Of a DNA stretch of 35,694 bases, positions 1 through 13,280 are shown in pieces. The DNA is from Bipalium vagum (lineage: Eukaryota), in assembly GCA_037834085.1 (NCBI GenBank), contig JBBMKC010202825.1, forward strand, positions 1-35,694, given 5' to 3'. Both the position numbers and the translations under genes were made by a program. The stretch's first letter is position 1, and each line of letters opens with the position of its first letter. The notes beneath the pieces are model-generated. The model saw nothing but the letters and a program-made list of their open reading frames with translations. It was not told where the DNA came from and ran no database searches.

Positions 1-1099
1 TAAACAGTTTTTAAAAAGTAGTTAGTGTTTTGCATTTAATGAATAATTTAGGGGAAGAATCCATTCAACCTATCAATCAGGATTACCATTCAAAAAATAT
101 CTTGATTTTTCATCACCCGTTACTGACGACCGCCAAAAAAAATATTCTCTCACAACTGATATTTCCAAAGATAAAATTTATTTATATATCTCAGCTCAGA
201 TATGCAAATTAAATACAACAAAATGAACTAAAAATAATATTCCCCCTTAAATAAATAAATATTAATAAAAAATGGTCAAATATTTTCATAATGTATAAAA
301 AGTCTTGTTTAAATTAAACGTGTCCCATAATCAATATTTTAATTATTTGATATTAACCAACACTTAACCCTCGAGATCAACTAAAACTAATTAAACGAGT
401 TTAATTTCCGCCTTTTAACTTGCAATTACTTCACCACCACTCCTGCTTCACGTTCTTCATTAAATAATTAAAAAATAACTCCGGAGTTTTAACATTAATA
501 ACAAGACTACCAGTGAACCTTTGGTCAGGCTGGAAACAACTATAAATTAATTTCAGAAACAATCTGAAAGACAACTGTACCCGTGTCATGGTGAGAGACC
601 GAGAAATAAACGACCAATTTCCTTCTCACTGAAAAATTTTATTGAAAAATTCCATTTTTAGAAAAAAACGTGCAATTATTTTAATAATCACTCAATATCT
701 GAAACATAAATTCAATTAACATTTTATTCATTTAAAAATCGAAACATTGTTTTCCTAGGATTTTTAATTATTTCAACATCACATGGAATAGGGAGAACAT
801 AAATAATATTTTTGGAAATTTCTTATCGGAGTTAAATACCTTTTCAAATATTTTAATTATTTTCCGATTTATTTGTTTTAAACAATAAATAAAATTTTAT
901 TTATAATTTTTGGTGTTTTGAAAATGCACCCTGACAAAGGTAGCGATAGTAATAAAATAGTAAATGTGTTTGAAAAATCTTAACATATTTGTAATCTGGG
1001 GGCTGAAATAATTCGTCCTTAAAAAAGGTGACAGAAATGAGATTGTCAGTGTTAGGTATTGTTATAGAGGTGAGGATTCGCTCATCGGTTTTAGGAGCA

Positions 1100-2100
1100 A
1101 ATGATCGTATTGGTCGAAACAATTAAAAATGTAGCTCTCAAAACTGATTAGAATGCATCACTCTCTCAGGGTTTTTTGGTGATTTGTAAAAGCGGCTCCT
1201 CAAAAGCAACTCGGTTGAAGACTGTGTTCATCCAGAAAGGCCTACCGAAATAACAGAAAATAAATTAAATACGTTAAGCAAATTTTGGATAATGACCTAC
1301 AAACAGTGTTCAGGTTGTTGCACTAAGGCAAGCCTATCCAAATATCAAGCACATGGAATTATGCGAGAAATCATTGATTATAAAAAATTCATGACGCATA
1401 CTGTGCAACATTTATATGAAGAAGATATGAACTTGAGTGTATAATTGTCAGAAAAGCTGATACAAATTCTTGAAGATCAGACAAGCAATGGCAACATTTT
1501 TTTATCTAATGAATTAACTTTTAACATTTCCTGATTTGTGAATAATCATAATTGTCGATGCTGTGCGACAACTAATCCTTTCACTATCGTCGAGGTTGCT
1601 CATTTTCAGCCAAAGTGAACGTATGGTTTGCAATGTCTAGCACGCAAATCATAGACCCATATTTTTTTGAAGATGAAGCAATAAACGGGCAAAATTATCT
1701 AAAAATGTTAAAGGATTATTTTTATCCCATCATCCAACGAAAAAGACTTACTAATCAGATTTTTCTTGCAACAAGATACATTTTTGCAAAGATGTTGGCG
1801 TATGGTTAAATGAAAAATTGAAAGGACGGTGGAGTAGTAAAGGTGGTCCAATATCATGGACACCACGTTCTTCAGGTTTGACTCCACTGAACTTTTTTCT
1901 ATGGCGATACATTAAAAAAACATTTACAAAACAAAGGTTCATGACATTGTCGATCTGAAGAACAGGATTGAGCAAGAAACAAAGTCCATAAAGAAAGAAA
2001 CTCTACAGTTTTGGATGGTATTGTAAAAGACTAAAATTTTGTATTGATGTTAATGGTGACACTTTACAGCAGTATTTTTAACAACTTTTTGTATGAAATA
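1100..2100 (+). mobile_element. Decayed Tc1/mariner-superfamily transposase (maT/rosa-like, WPPRSPDLTPLDFFLW type)
   Basis: Fragments in several frames: FLSNELTFNIS*FVNNHNCR, PKVNVWFAMSSTQIIDPYFFE, INGQNYLKML, WLNEKLKGRW...ISWTPRSSGLTPLNFFLW. Many stops and frameshifts. Confidence 0.88.
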
Positions 2101-3069
2101 AAAATTTTGGAATATGATTTTTTTTTAAAAAGTTTATTTAATTAGGTTAAAAAATAAGATAGGTATAACCTTTTCTTTTAGGTATATGATTTACCAGATG
2201 CATTTTCTAATTAAGGGCGCGTGGATTATTAATAATTTTATTACATTTTCGTCATCTTTATCTTTGGGGTTTTTTAGTGACTTTTATTTTTACGATTTCA
2301 TGAAGAAAATTGGAGACTTTCATTTTACCAGCAGATAATTTTGAGACAGATCGTGATAACTTGGATTGTGATGTGATCAAATGAGATTTTCAGCTTATTT
2401 GTTATTGGTTTTAAAAAAAGTATTGTTAGAAATTAGTGAACACAACTTGTAGATTTTGGAGCCAGATTATTAACAGTTTTGGTTAATACGATTATGAAAA
2501 TAATTAATGAAAAGCAAAATATGTGAAAAACATCTTTTTTTTAATCGACATGTTCAAATTTTGAGAGAGTTACATACGAAAATGAGAATGATTCGTACAC
2601 AGTAAATATTATCATTAATATGAAAACCGTTGACAGATAAATTGATAGTTAAGTGTTTGTTATCCTGACTTGTAATCATAAGTAAACTTGAACCATTTTG
2701 TTAACCTGAAAAAAGTTATGGACCCCTTATACTTAAAAGTCAAAACAAATTGAGAGGATAACATTAAAATGACGAGTTCATTATTTTTAGATTTTTTAAA
2801 TATTAGAGATAATTTTACCCGGAAAATGTCTTGTTATAAAAGCTTGTCCTTTAAAAAAGGCTTTGGAACTTGATATTTCGAAATATTAAACAAGTGAACA
2901 AAATGTGCTCATCTCAAACAACTGTATAGGATCATCAAAAATTGGGATAAAGAGTAACTATAAAAATAAATAAATAATTTCTGGTCTTGTCACAAAATAA
3001 AAATAACATTAAAATTGTAATTAATACGTATATTGGCGCTGTTCACCGATTACAAAATAAATTCATTTT

Positions 3070-3650
3070 AGGCAAGTACATCCATAGTTTTTCTACCACC
3101 TCACCTTTTCTGGTTTTGATTCTCTTTAAGTATTGATGGCAATTCGCAAACAATCCCCCAGTTAATGAGTTTGTAGCTCCCAGGCATTTTCTGTTAATCG
3201 CTTTTGGTATAATTCTTTACGATTTTTGGAAATCATTTTTCAGCCAATTTCCTACATTTCTCATCAGATATCAGCTTTGAAAATATGTAACCCATACTGT
3301 AGTTGATTTCCTTAATATTTTTACTTCTTGGATACTCAAAAATGTGTCATGTTTTATAATGTCATACGTTGTTTTTGTCAACAATATTAAAATCTATCTT
3401 TGCCATGTATCTTTTGTCAAGTCCAAGATCAAAATATTTGATTAACAATGTTTCCTTTAAGCATTCATTGTTGAGTATGTCAGTGAAACATTCAAATCAT
3501 TTTCTTTTGAGTGAAATTATTTTCATCTGCTTATAGCACCATAGAAATATTCTCCATTATTTCATTAATGTTCTTAATTTGTATGTTTTCTTTTTCCATT
3601 GACATTTTCTTATTGTCTGTGATAAAATTGTCCGGTTTCCAAAGTTAAAT
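3070..3650 (-). mobile_element. Possible decayed non-LTR (LINE) reverse-transcriptase remnant
   Basis: The minus strand reads ENISMVL*ADE at about 3524-3555, resembling the LYADD motif. Downstream CLGATNSLT and WGIVCELPSI resemble post-RT LINE sequence. Heavily degraded. Confidence 0.4.
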
Positions 3651-6600
3651 ACTATAAGAAAAAGCAATAAAATCTAACTTTCTGATTTGATATTTTAATT
3701 ATTTACATAAGGTCATCAAAATATAATTAGATTTTTCAAAGATTTTTGGTTAAAGAAGAAAAACAAACAAGTACTTTCAATTTAAATCATTTCCAGAATA
3801 TTTTTCAGGTGAAATTTGTGTAGTAATGAGAATTTTTGATAATGACAAAGAATAAATGAGTGATGAAAATAACGAAACCGAAAAATAATTCACAAAATGG
3901 AAATAACAGAAATCAATGGATGATCAATATTATTAATTAATCAATATCTTTTAATTTCTATGGAAAAGACATTTATTTTCATTTGAAAAAATATACATAT
4001 AGGTTGAGTCTTCATTTTATCCATTATAACGTAAAAGATATTTTATACGAAGAGAATATTTTAGTATAATATATATTGATCATTTTATCAAATAATCTCT
4101 TTTATTTTATATCTCTCATGTCACTTTTGGAAAAGCTCTTGTCCTTTTCAACAACAAAAATGTCGAGGTAAGTCCAATAGCTTAAAGCTTTACCAACCAG
4201 AGTTTTGTATAGAGAGAAAAAGTTATTAATCATTTGAGGTATTGTCAATATTGTAATATAGATGTGTAAAATATACCAGGAAAGCTCTATCGATTTATGA
4301 CATATACACATAAAAGATATTTCATTAAATTTTATTTTAAAATTCATTCGGTACAAGTGATAGAAGTAATAGAACATATCAATTTTTTCTTCAGAAAGTC
4401 TAATGGAAAGTTCGTGAAAAACCCATTTATCGTTTATTAGATACTGATAAACATCACTTAAACTTTAAAGAAAGCTCCAAAAATGTCGACCGTAGAACTT
4501 TATTCCAAACCATCAATTCACATCGTAAAATCTGTAAAATATAATAAAGGCAACGGTGAACTGTAGTGGAAGAAAATCTGTCTGCGAATTAACTGAAAAT
4601 TTGATTTTGATATTTTTATCGACTCCGGGAGACCATTGGAAAATATCTTGAGCAAAACCCACTGCGTTTTGATTAAAATTTTATGTTCAATCACACTCAG
4701 AGCTCTCTCTCTCAAATAAACTTTTCTGAATTAAACTACTGAGCAGTAAAGACGATTTAAAGCGGTCACAAACTGAAAACAGTAATTATGAAAAGAAGAA
4801 TCGACAGTTGTGACAATCATTTGAAAATTAATCGAATCTTTCATATGTACATGAACTGGTCTAACCGCTAAGCTACATCTCCCAACCAATTTTCAATTAA
4901 CCTCACAGTGACCAATAAATGTTTTTATTAATATAGAGGGCCGTTATTTATGTGGCGAGTTATTAAATTTTCAGGTAATTAAGCACTTTTATATAAAATC
5001 AAACAATAACCAAGGAAATAAGTTTAGTTTCTCAATTCTAGAAACGTAGAAAACTATCATCTTTGTTTTCAGGAATATTGGTTTTTACACCAATTCAATA
5101 CGGTTACATACCACATGGACGCCAGTAGAAAACCTGAATGAGTTTCAAACGTAAATAACGCCTCGCCAACCATATTCACCATCTCCCATCAGATAAATGT
5201 TTATTTCCTATCAGTGACAGATACAGCACTCAATTGTCAACGATCAATTAAAGTTGAAATGCTTTAAATATTTTTCAGGAGATTAATGTTTAATCGGATT
5301 TTGCTATTAGAATTTCTTTTAACTTCATATTAAAATATTATTTATCATTAAACCGTAAATGTAAGGATGATGTCAACAAAAATCAGGACAACGAGTATTC
5401 TTTAGTCAAATAAATCATACTGGTTAAGAAGAATATGTTTGAGGTACCGAGTACGATAAGTAAATCTTCACCTCTAAATTGACAAATATCTGGGACCCTA
5501 ATCATAGGAAAAATGTCTTGTATGAAAGATAAAAGTTGCAATGAGAATCGAAATGTTTAATAAGCGAAAAGCGATTGAAATAATATAATAATAATAATAA
5601 TGAAGAGAAAATTCACATTAGATCTCATCAGAATAATGATCTCATAAATCAAAAGATGAATTCAAATTAAAGCGATCTGGTAAAAGCTTCGAAACACGGC
5701 AAATTCTATTAGAAACCGGATAAATTGTAGAGATTTAGGGAAATTTGATGCATGACATAGCACCGATATTTCAGGGAAATTGTAATTCATTTCGATGGAT
5801 GAATTATCAAACTTATCAATTTATTTATATCAAATGAAAATGAAATGGTAAATGAACAGTCAATATAAAATTCGCGCAACTGAAACATACATTCGCTGTA
5901 ACCGCACGGTTGATTGCGTCTCTTCTCAGTCTGTTTGTCATTGTTCTGTATGGTATCAGCGAACAGGTTCTGATATTTCTGAAACGAAAGAGAATTTAAT
6001 CTATCAAACGTTTTAATGCAACTTAAACGTCTGTTATCGATAATCTAAGTGTGAAGATGTCAATTTTCTTTAGAAATTTTCATGTAGATTATGACAATAT
6101 CTTGAGTAAAAATTAATGGGAAAAAATTTTTTTTTCACATCTCCATTCCCGCTCCAAACCGAAGATTCGTTGAAGAGCTTGCGCTAAATGATTCTATTTT
6201 TCCATTAATATTTTTATCAATGCCTATTTGACTTAACTTCCTTGCTTGCAAAGTTTGGGGATAAGCATTGATTTTCTTTATTTTGCATTGGTTGAAAATA
6301 TTTTCAAATATTGATTTTTAAATAATATCTTTGAGATAACTTTTAAAATTATTTTTAATAAAAATTAATGTATATTTAACTTTAAGCAAACAATTTTATT
6401 TGTATTTTTAATATGGGTTTTTTTTATTAATTTCTATCCAATGAATTTTCAAATTTTATCTTCAAATCTTCAAAATATATTTTAATTAATTTCTTGAGAA
6501 TTTACACAATTTAAAATTCATAATATATTGAAATATTTATTTGTCATAGTTCGCTTTTATTTACCCAATGGGAAGAATAAAGATTTCGAAAATATTTAGG

Positions 6601-9539
6601 CAAATTTATAATTTATTACAATAATGTTAGGAGGAGAATATGTTTAATAATATTTTTGTTGTTGTTAACATTAAAGTATTACCAATATAATTTATTTACT
6701 TCCTCCAAACCTTAAAAAAGTGATTTGTTATTTTTACAGTAAATAAGAAAGAAAATTTCTATTTTCCACCAATGTCAGCAATGATATAGTGTTAATGATG
6801 TCATTCATGTTTACTATTTGCAACCGCTGCTCTGGAAGCAAAAATCTGATTGATGGTACATGATTTCATGCTGAAGAGAGAAGTAAATTTTGTTTGTAAC
6901 ACGACCCACAATTTATCCAGATTGTTGCACCTTTGTATTGTTTACTTAAAGCATGGGAAAATCCAATATCATTAACGTTTAATTCTGGAGATTGAGCCCG
7001 CGGTTCATAGCAGTGATTATAATATACCATTCTGAAAGTGATTTAACTTTTGAACATTATTTTACCAACATGTAGACGAACATTATCAATTTGAATGAAA
7101 ACGTTTTTGAACCAATTTATCTTGTTTTAAACTGCAAACAATTTCATCACACATTAGTTAGTAAAAGATGGAAACATGTTGCGATCAATTTTGTACATCT
7201 CACCTTAAGTGAGGATGGGCTTCGTGGTCTATCTGAATCCTCCAAATGCAAAAAGCTGAAACAATTTTCGGAGTTTGGTTTGGCAGCAGCAGTTATTATC
7301 ATTATCTTCTGGATATAAGCCTGGATTACTATAGGTACTTTCTTGGACTATTATCATGATATCTGTCACGATTGAAAGAATTGTCCCATGTATTATATCT
7401 GTGATGTCGGCAGCAATTAGGCTTTTAGTCCCTTGGTAAACTGATAGAATTTATTACTCATAATATTCTTTGATATTTTCATTGACGATAATAATAATTA
7501 TATTATTATTAATATTAATATTTTACATGTACAATAGTATAATTTAAAATATATTTATTTATATTTTTTATTAGTAATTTATATATAATCATTAAGAATA
7601 ATAATAATAATATTATTGTAAACAAAAAATTATAATTAAAAATAATTATTTAGATAAAAATAAAGGTTGGAAATATTAAAATATGAAAGTTTCGTTTTAT
7701 ATAAACTAATTAAATTTTTTAAAATAATTTTATAAAATAAATAAGTATTGTTTAACCATATAACAAAAAAACCAGTATTAAATAGTCATAAAAATAACAT
7801 TATTTTATATTATTGTCTTTTATAGCTTAATAAACACATTATTTGTTTAATTATTTAAAAGGTACATATATAAATAAAATTAATTATGTCATAAAAAATT
7901 GGATATTTTTATTTATTTAAGGAAATGGTATTCACAAAGCACATTAATATTATTATAATTATAAATAAAATATGATTATAAAAAATAAAAGGGAATAACA
8001 TGCAGTAAAAACGAGTTATAATTGAAAAATAATAAAACTTAAAGAAAAAATAGCAGCAAAATGAAAATCAGTCTAAAAATAAAATTCTAATCTAAAAATC
8101 AGATTCGTGAAGAAAGAAGCAAAACCAATTAATTTTTATATATTTCTCAAACGTTGTCATAGCAAATTAAACAAAATAATGACAAAAAACATATGTATAA
8201 ATAGGTAATTAAAAATTCGTAGCTTTATGAAAACTGTGAGCTACAACAATAAAATTATTTTATTTTATGTTATAAAAAATGGCAGCTTTCTCTGGACAAT
8301 AGGAGTCTTTGCAGAGTAAATTGAGATAAGGAGCACGATGTTTAAAGCTGAAAACCGGTTTATTAGAGTATATACAATTTGAGAGGATCCTGTTTTTACC
8401 AAAAATTGATAAGCGTTTAAAAATGTTTTCCTTTGTGGAAAAAGGCTTTAATACGAATTTCTCGGCTCCTTGACAGTTATAGATTTTTCTTATTGGTACA
8501 CATTGCAGGTTATATACTACCACCTACATCTCATAAGGGTTTGTTTTAACATTAAACATCCGTATCACTGAACCGAGGGAAAGGAGTTGTGTTACTAAAA
8601 GTTCCGCCCTCGACATAAATAGTATAGAAAGTTTTCAATCGGTAATTAAATATCGACGTTGTAAGATATCCCGAGGATAATTATAGTTTCTTAGTTCGGC
8701 CACATCAAAATCGTCTTGTCGACTCCAAGACTTAATTAAAGCGGAATCAGTAATCTCAAGAATGCTGTCATTTAAACTTGTCACTTTTCCATAATAATCA
8801 TTCAGTTTCTCAAAATTTCCATTTTCAATATTTAAATTGATCTTCGCTTATCGATCAAACAGTAATCGATTTTATATTATTTGATGTCGAAATTTTCAAA
8901 TATTTTCGATAATTTATTCTATTAAATATCTATGTAATATGTAATTAGTAAATCATATTAATATCATAATTAATAAATTAGAAAATCCCAATTATTTTTA
9001 CTTTGCCTCTGTAGTTTCAGACAGTTTTCAATTCTTGCAACACGTGGTTTTATATATAAATAATTTCTGTAATATTATCTTTTTACCAATTTATGTATTT
9101 TACATACCGGAAAAAATTTTGAAATCACAGAAAGATTTTATTTTTAATAAAATCTTTTCATTTTAATTAATTATGACATTAAATTACATTTTATTAAAAA
9201 TTATTTATATAATTTTTATTTTATTATTATTAATATTGTAATCTATTTTAAACAATTCCAACTTTATTATTAATTTTACTTTAATTGAATTTTTTATATT
9301 AAGAAATAAACGATTTTCAGTCGTGTTATGAAATATCATACACATTAATCTTGTGAACATCATGAATTTATTTTTAAATAAACGTATTTCAATAATTGAA
9401 AACAAATTTTTCCTACACATTTATTATTATGAAATGTGTACATCATCAGTCATTAATATTTAATATATTTCATTTTAATTATATAAGCGATGATCTAATT
9501 TTTGATTTAAAGATTTTATAAAATTCTGAGTTAAAAAAA

Positions 9540-10100
9540 TGCCAAAGATAAAGAACTGGATATTATTAAAGAAAGGTTGAAAAAGAATGCATATCCATAT
9601 AGAAAAGATCATCAAAGAAACAATTAACAAATTAATGACTGAAAAAGAAAAAAAATGTAAATAAATTCAAGAAATTACTTAAAATACTATTTTCAAAAGG
9701 GTTTAGAACATTAAAGAACATAATAGAAAGAACTGTTGAGCATGAAGATCTAAAATTTAATTTCAATGACAATAAAAACAAAAAGTTATTAAAAAATTAA
9801 AACGCCAACACCTGTAATATTGCAAGCTAATATCGTATATGAATTTAAATGTCATGGATGTAATAGTCTATACATAGGGAAGACACAATGTCACTTTAGA
9901 ACAAGTATTAGTGAACATTCGCAATTAAGCAGAACCAGTAAAGTATTAGATCATTCTTTGAATTGTGTTATGCGAAAAGGAAAAGTTAACGCTGAAGAAT
10001 TTCGAATACTTATGAATAATTTTTATAGTAACGATGAACGGAAGATATGCGAAAAATAAGAAAATAATGATAATTTTGAACATTCAGAATTTTACAAAAT
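9540..10100 (+). mobile_element. Penelope-like retroelement remnant (RT C-terminal linker + GIY-YIG endonuclease)
   Basis: DKELDIIKERLKKNAYP (PLE NGYP-like motif), followed by ORF 9820-10059 NIVYEFKCHGCNSLYIGKTQCHFRTSISEH. This is the VY..CxxC..YIG.T..RxxEH signature. Confidence 0.88.
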
Positions 10101-10965
10101 ATTTAAATTATAAAAATTAGGTAATTAAAATATGTAAATTTTTTCAATTACTAAAATGCCTTTATTTAAAAATAAATACGAATCCATCTAAAACACAAAA
10201 TTTGAGGAAAACTCTTTGATCAATTCACTTGCTCATCCGAAAATCTCAGATGATTTATAGATATGTATAATGCAAAAGTATAACGTTATTCTCTGAGTGA
10301 TGAACCTGACTAAAGGTCAACGCCATAACCTCTCATAAGCTAATACCAAATTATTGGCAAAATTTGTATAGATATCTTTAATAGGTTCTTTTAAAATAAT
10401 AATTTCAGGATACATTTTTTTTATAAAACAGGTATCTCCAAAATATGACGCATGTTATATAATCAGAAATTGACTTTAGTCATATCAACTGGGTGGCCAT
10501 ACTAATAGTAGATTAATAAAAATAAGTTTGCAAACAAATTTAAAATATTTAAGTCGTAATACAAAAATTTTAAACTGTTAATTTATCACTTGAACATAAA
10601 ATCTATTCATTATCTGCGTCATTCTGGTTTTTCATGAATCTCAATAAATTGATTAACATATTTTAACTTCTGGCTTTCTGTAAATTTCTCCTTGAACAAT
10701 TAGCAATAAATACCATGCTTCGAAATATGCGAATTATTCAAATTTAGAAGATTACTATGACTAAAAACAGTTAAATATAGTAACTATTGATTTTTATTTA
10801 TTGATTTTTTGAAAATCTAAAAACCAAGTCTAAATTATTAATATTATGTCATTTTTGATAAAATATCATTCTTAATAAAAAAATCATTTTAATTTTATAT
10901 TAGCCAATTATTTAGTTATATTGAATAGTAAAATTATAGAATAATACATTAATAAAATAAAAATC

Positions 10966-11018
10966 AATAATAATAATAATAATAATAATTATTATAATAA
11001 TTATTATTATTATTATTT
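10966..11018. repeat. (AAT)n/(ATT)n microsatellite (quasi-palindromic)
   Basis: AAT run followed by a TTA run. Confidence 0.9.
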
Positions 11019-11509
11019 TGCTTTACATTGTATATTTTCGCAGAATAATAATAATATTTGAAGAAGAAACTTTTCTTCAAGAACTAGATAAATCTGCTTC
11101 ATTACCATCGCGAATCGCTCAAAGGTAAAGTATCTAATGTATCACAAAGTTCGTAATTATTTTTTGATATAATTTAATAACGTTTTTAGAATTGGTTCAA
11201 TTCAAGCGTACTACAATTGATATATGAAATCAGAAACTTTTGTAGTGATTATTAGAAACATCTGAAAAACTTTGAGGATAAATAGATTAAAACTTGTTTC
11301 GATTTAAGACAATATAAATTAAAAAATTCTAAAAAATAAAAAATATGACTCTAATGGAATGAAAAAGATGGGTTTCTGAACTCTAAATATTATTTAGAGT
11401 TAAAGACGGATCTGAGTTGAATTATGTACTAATTCATTGATTGGAGAATCATGGAGATTTCATAAAGTACCTATTTCCTAAATTAGGAAATACTATTATT
11501 TTATATTTC

Positions 11510-11580
11510 TATAATAGTAATAGTAATAATAATATTAGTAATAATAAAAATAATAATAATAAATAATAATAATAATAATA
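11510..11580 (+). repeat. Imperfect (AAT)n microsatellite
   Basis: Interrupted AAT/AGT repeats. Confidence 0.85.
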
Positions 11581-13280
11581 GATAATTCGATTATTAATAC
11601 TTACATTATATTATATTAATCATTTTAGGCTTAATAAAACTAGTTATAAATAACTAAGTCATGAAGTAATAAATAAAATATTAAATATTAACATTTATAT
11701 TGTTTTAAAAATAAAAATAACAAAAAATTTCTTCTGACTTTTATTAAAATATTTCTACGAAACAAGAAATTATGATTATTAAATATTTTTTTATTTAGGA
11801 TTAAAGCATATGTACTTTTATAAATGAGAACAGTTCTTATTTTTATTGATTTATATCAAGAGTATCTTAAACTATTTAAATAAGATATGTGTACTGATAA
11901 TTATCAGTGACATCTATCTTAAAAACCGGCCTCGTTCTGATTGCATATCAAAGTTGTGGAACTATGAATTAGCTGTGATGTGGGTAGAGAACCATTCATC
12001 AAGAGAACCTTTCATATCTCACAGCATTTTAATATTTCAGAAATTGGTCAACAGGTTTTTAACCACAAGAACTTGTACAATAAAATGGTCAATAACTCAA
12101 CGAATGATAGGTTCTCGAAATAAATAAAGATATCGGATGGAATGAACGTTTTTAATAAAGTTCAATTGGCAGAGGTAAGTTAAGTTATAGAGAAATCAAC
12201 TTGAGTTCCACTACAGAATAGTTTCACCAAAATACTATTTCAATTTAATGGAACTATAAGAAATTTTGACATTTTGAATTAACACGAAATGATGGTACTC
12301 TATTGGCATCAACGACAGTTCCAAACTGGATTACATGGTCGGATGATATTGGTCACTTGACAGAAAGAATTATCTGAATGATATCTCGAAACTTCAACCA
12401 ATAGTTTTTGATAGCTAGGCTGTACCAAATATGAATGTGATCAATTATTTAGTTATATTAGTCTTTCAGTGAAGTAAACGAAGTATGTGAAACGTTCTTT
12501 GTTACAAGAGATGGAATGATACTTGGAGTAGATCGGAAAATCTGCACTTCACAGGCTGAAGGACTTGGACAATAATGGTCTTTATTTTGAAGAGGGTTTT
12601 TATCGATTTTAAATAAACTCATGTATTAAAGTTAATTTTTTGAAAAGTTAGTCAAGACTTTTGTACAAATTTCATTTTTAATATTTATTAATTTAATTAA
12701 TTAATTAAAATAATTATTATTAAATAAGTAAACAAATATTTAGGATTAAATAATAAATAATTTTTAAAATTCACTCTGTTTATAAAACTTATATTTAAAA
12801 AGAATTTTCAGCAAATATTATTTTATGAAAATTTTCTTTTTAAAAAATATTATTGATAATATAAAATAATGACACTGCTTCTGCTACTTTATCAGATTTT
12901 TTATTTAATATACTGCCGTAGAAATTTTATCATAACGTCAAAAATTTGACTTTTTTATACGTACATATATATATGATTTCTCGAAGAATTACAGACAGTT
13001 TTAATAGGATTAACATTCTTTAAGAATGTTGATACTTTCATATTTCAAACGGTTTCATAATATTTATTTTTGCAACTCAAGCTAAAATTTATCATTTTTT
13101 AAAATAATACAGTTTTTGAGAAAAATTCATTTATTCAAACAAAAATTAAATATAATCAAGCATTATTAAATGATTATTCTCGGCAAATATCAATTTCTTC
13201 ATCAATGAATAATGCTTGCAAAATTTTTATTCATTAATGCTATAAACCTTCGGTGGATAACATGCGATCCATCTAAATTA

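Noticed and set aside
918-2210. Degenerate inverted repeat (GAAAATGCACCCTG / CAGATGCATTTTC) flanking the first Tc1-like fossil
   Set aside because: Possibly TIR remnants, but too degenerate and without a clear TA target site to define ends.
9820-10059. GIY-YIG ORF as a stand-alone nuclease or homing/defence gene
   Set aside because: The upstream NAYP linker and decayed context show it is a Penelope-like element fragment.
4380-12575. Stop-codon reassignment or readthrough to explain stops in the exon-like islands
   Set aside because: The 907-aa protocadherin reads cleanly in the standard code and the islands also contain frameshifts, so decay or assembly error is simpler.
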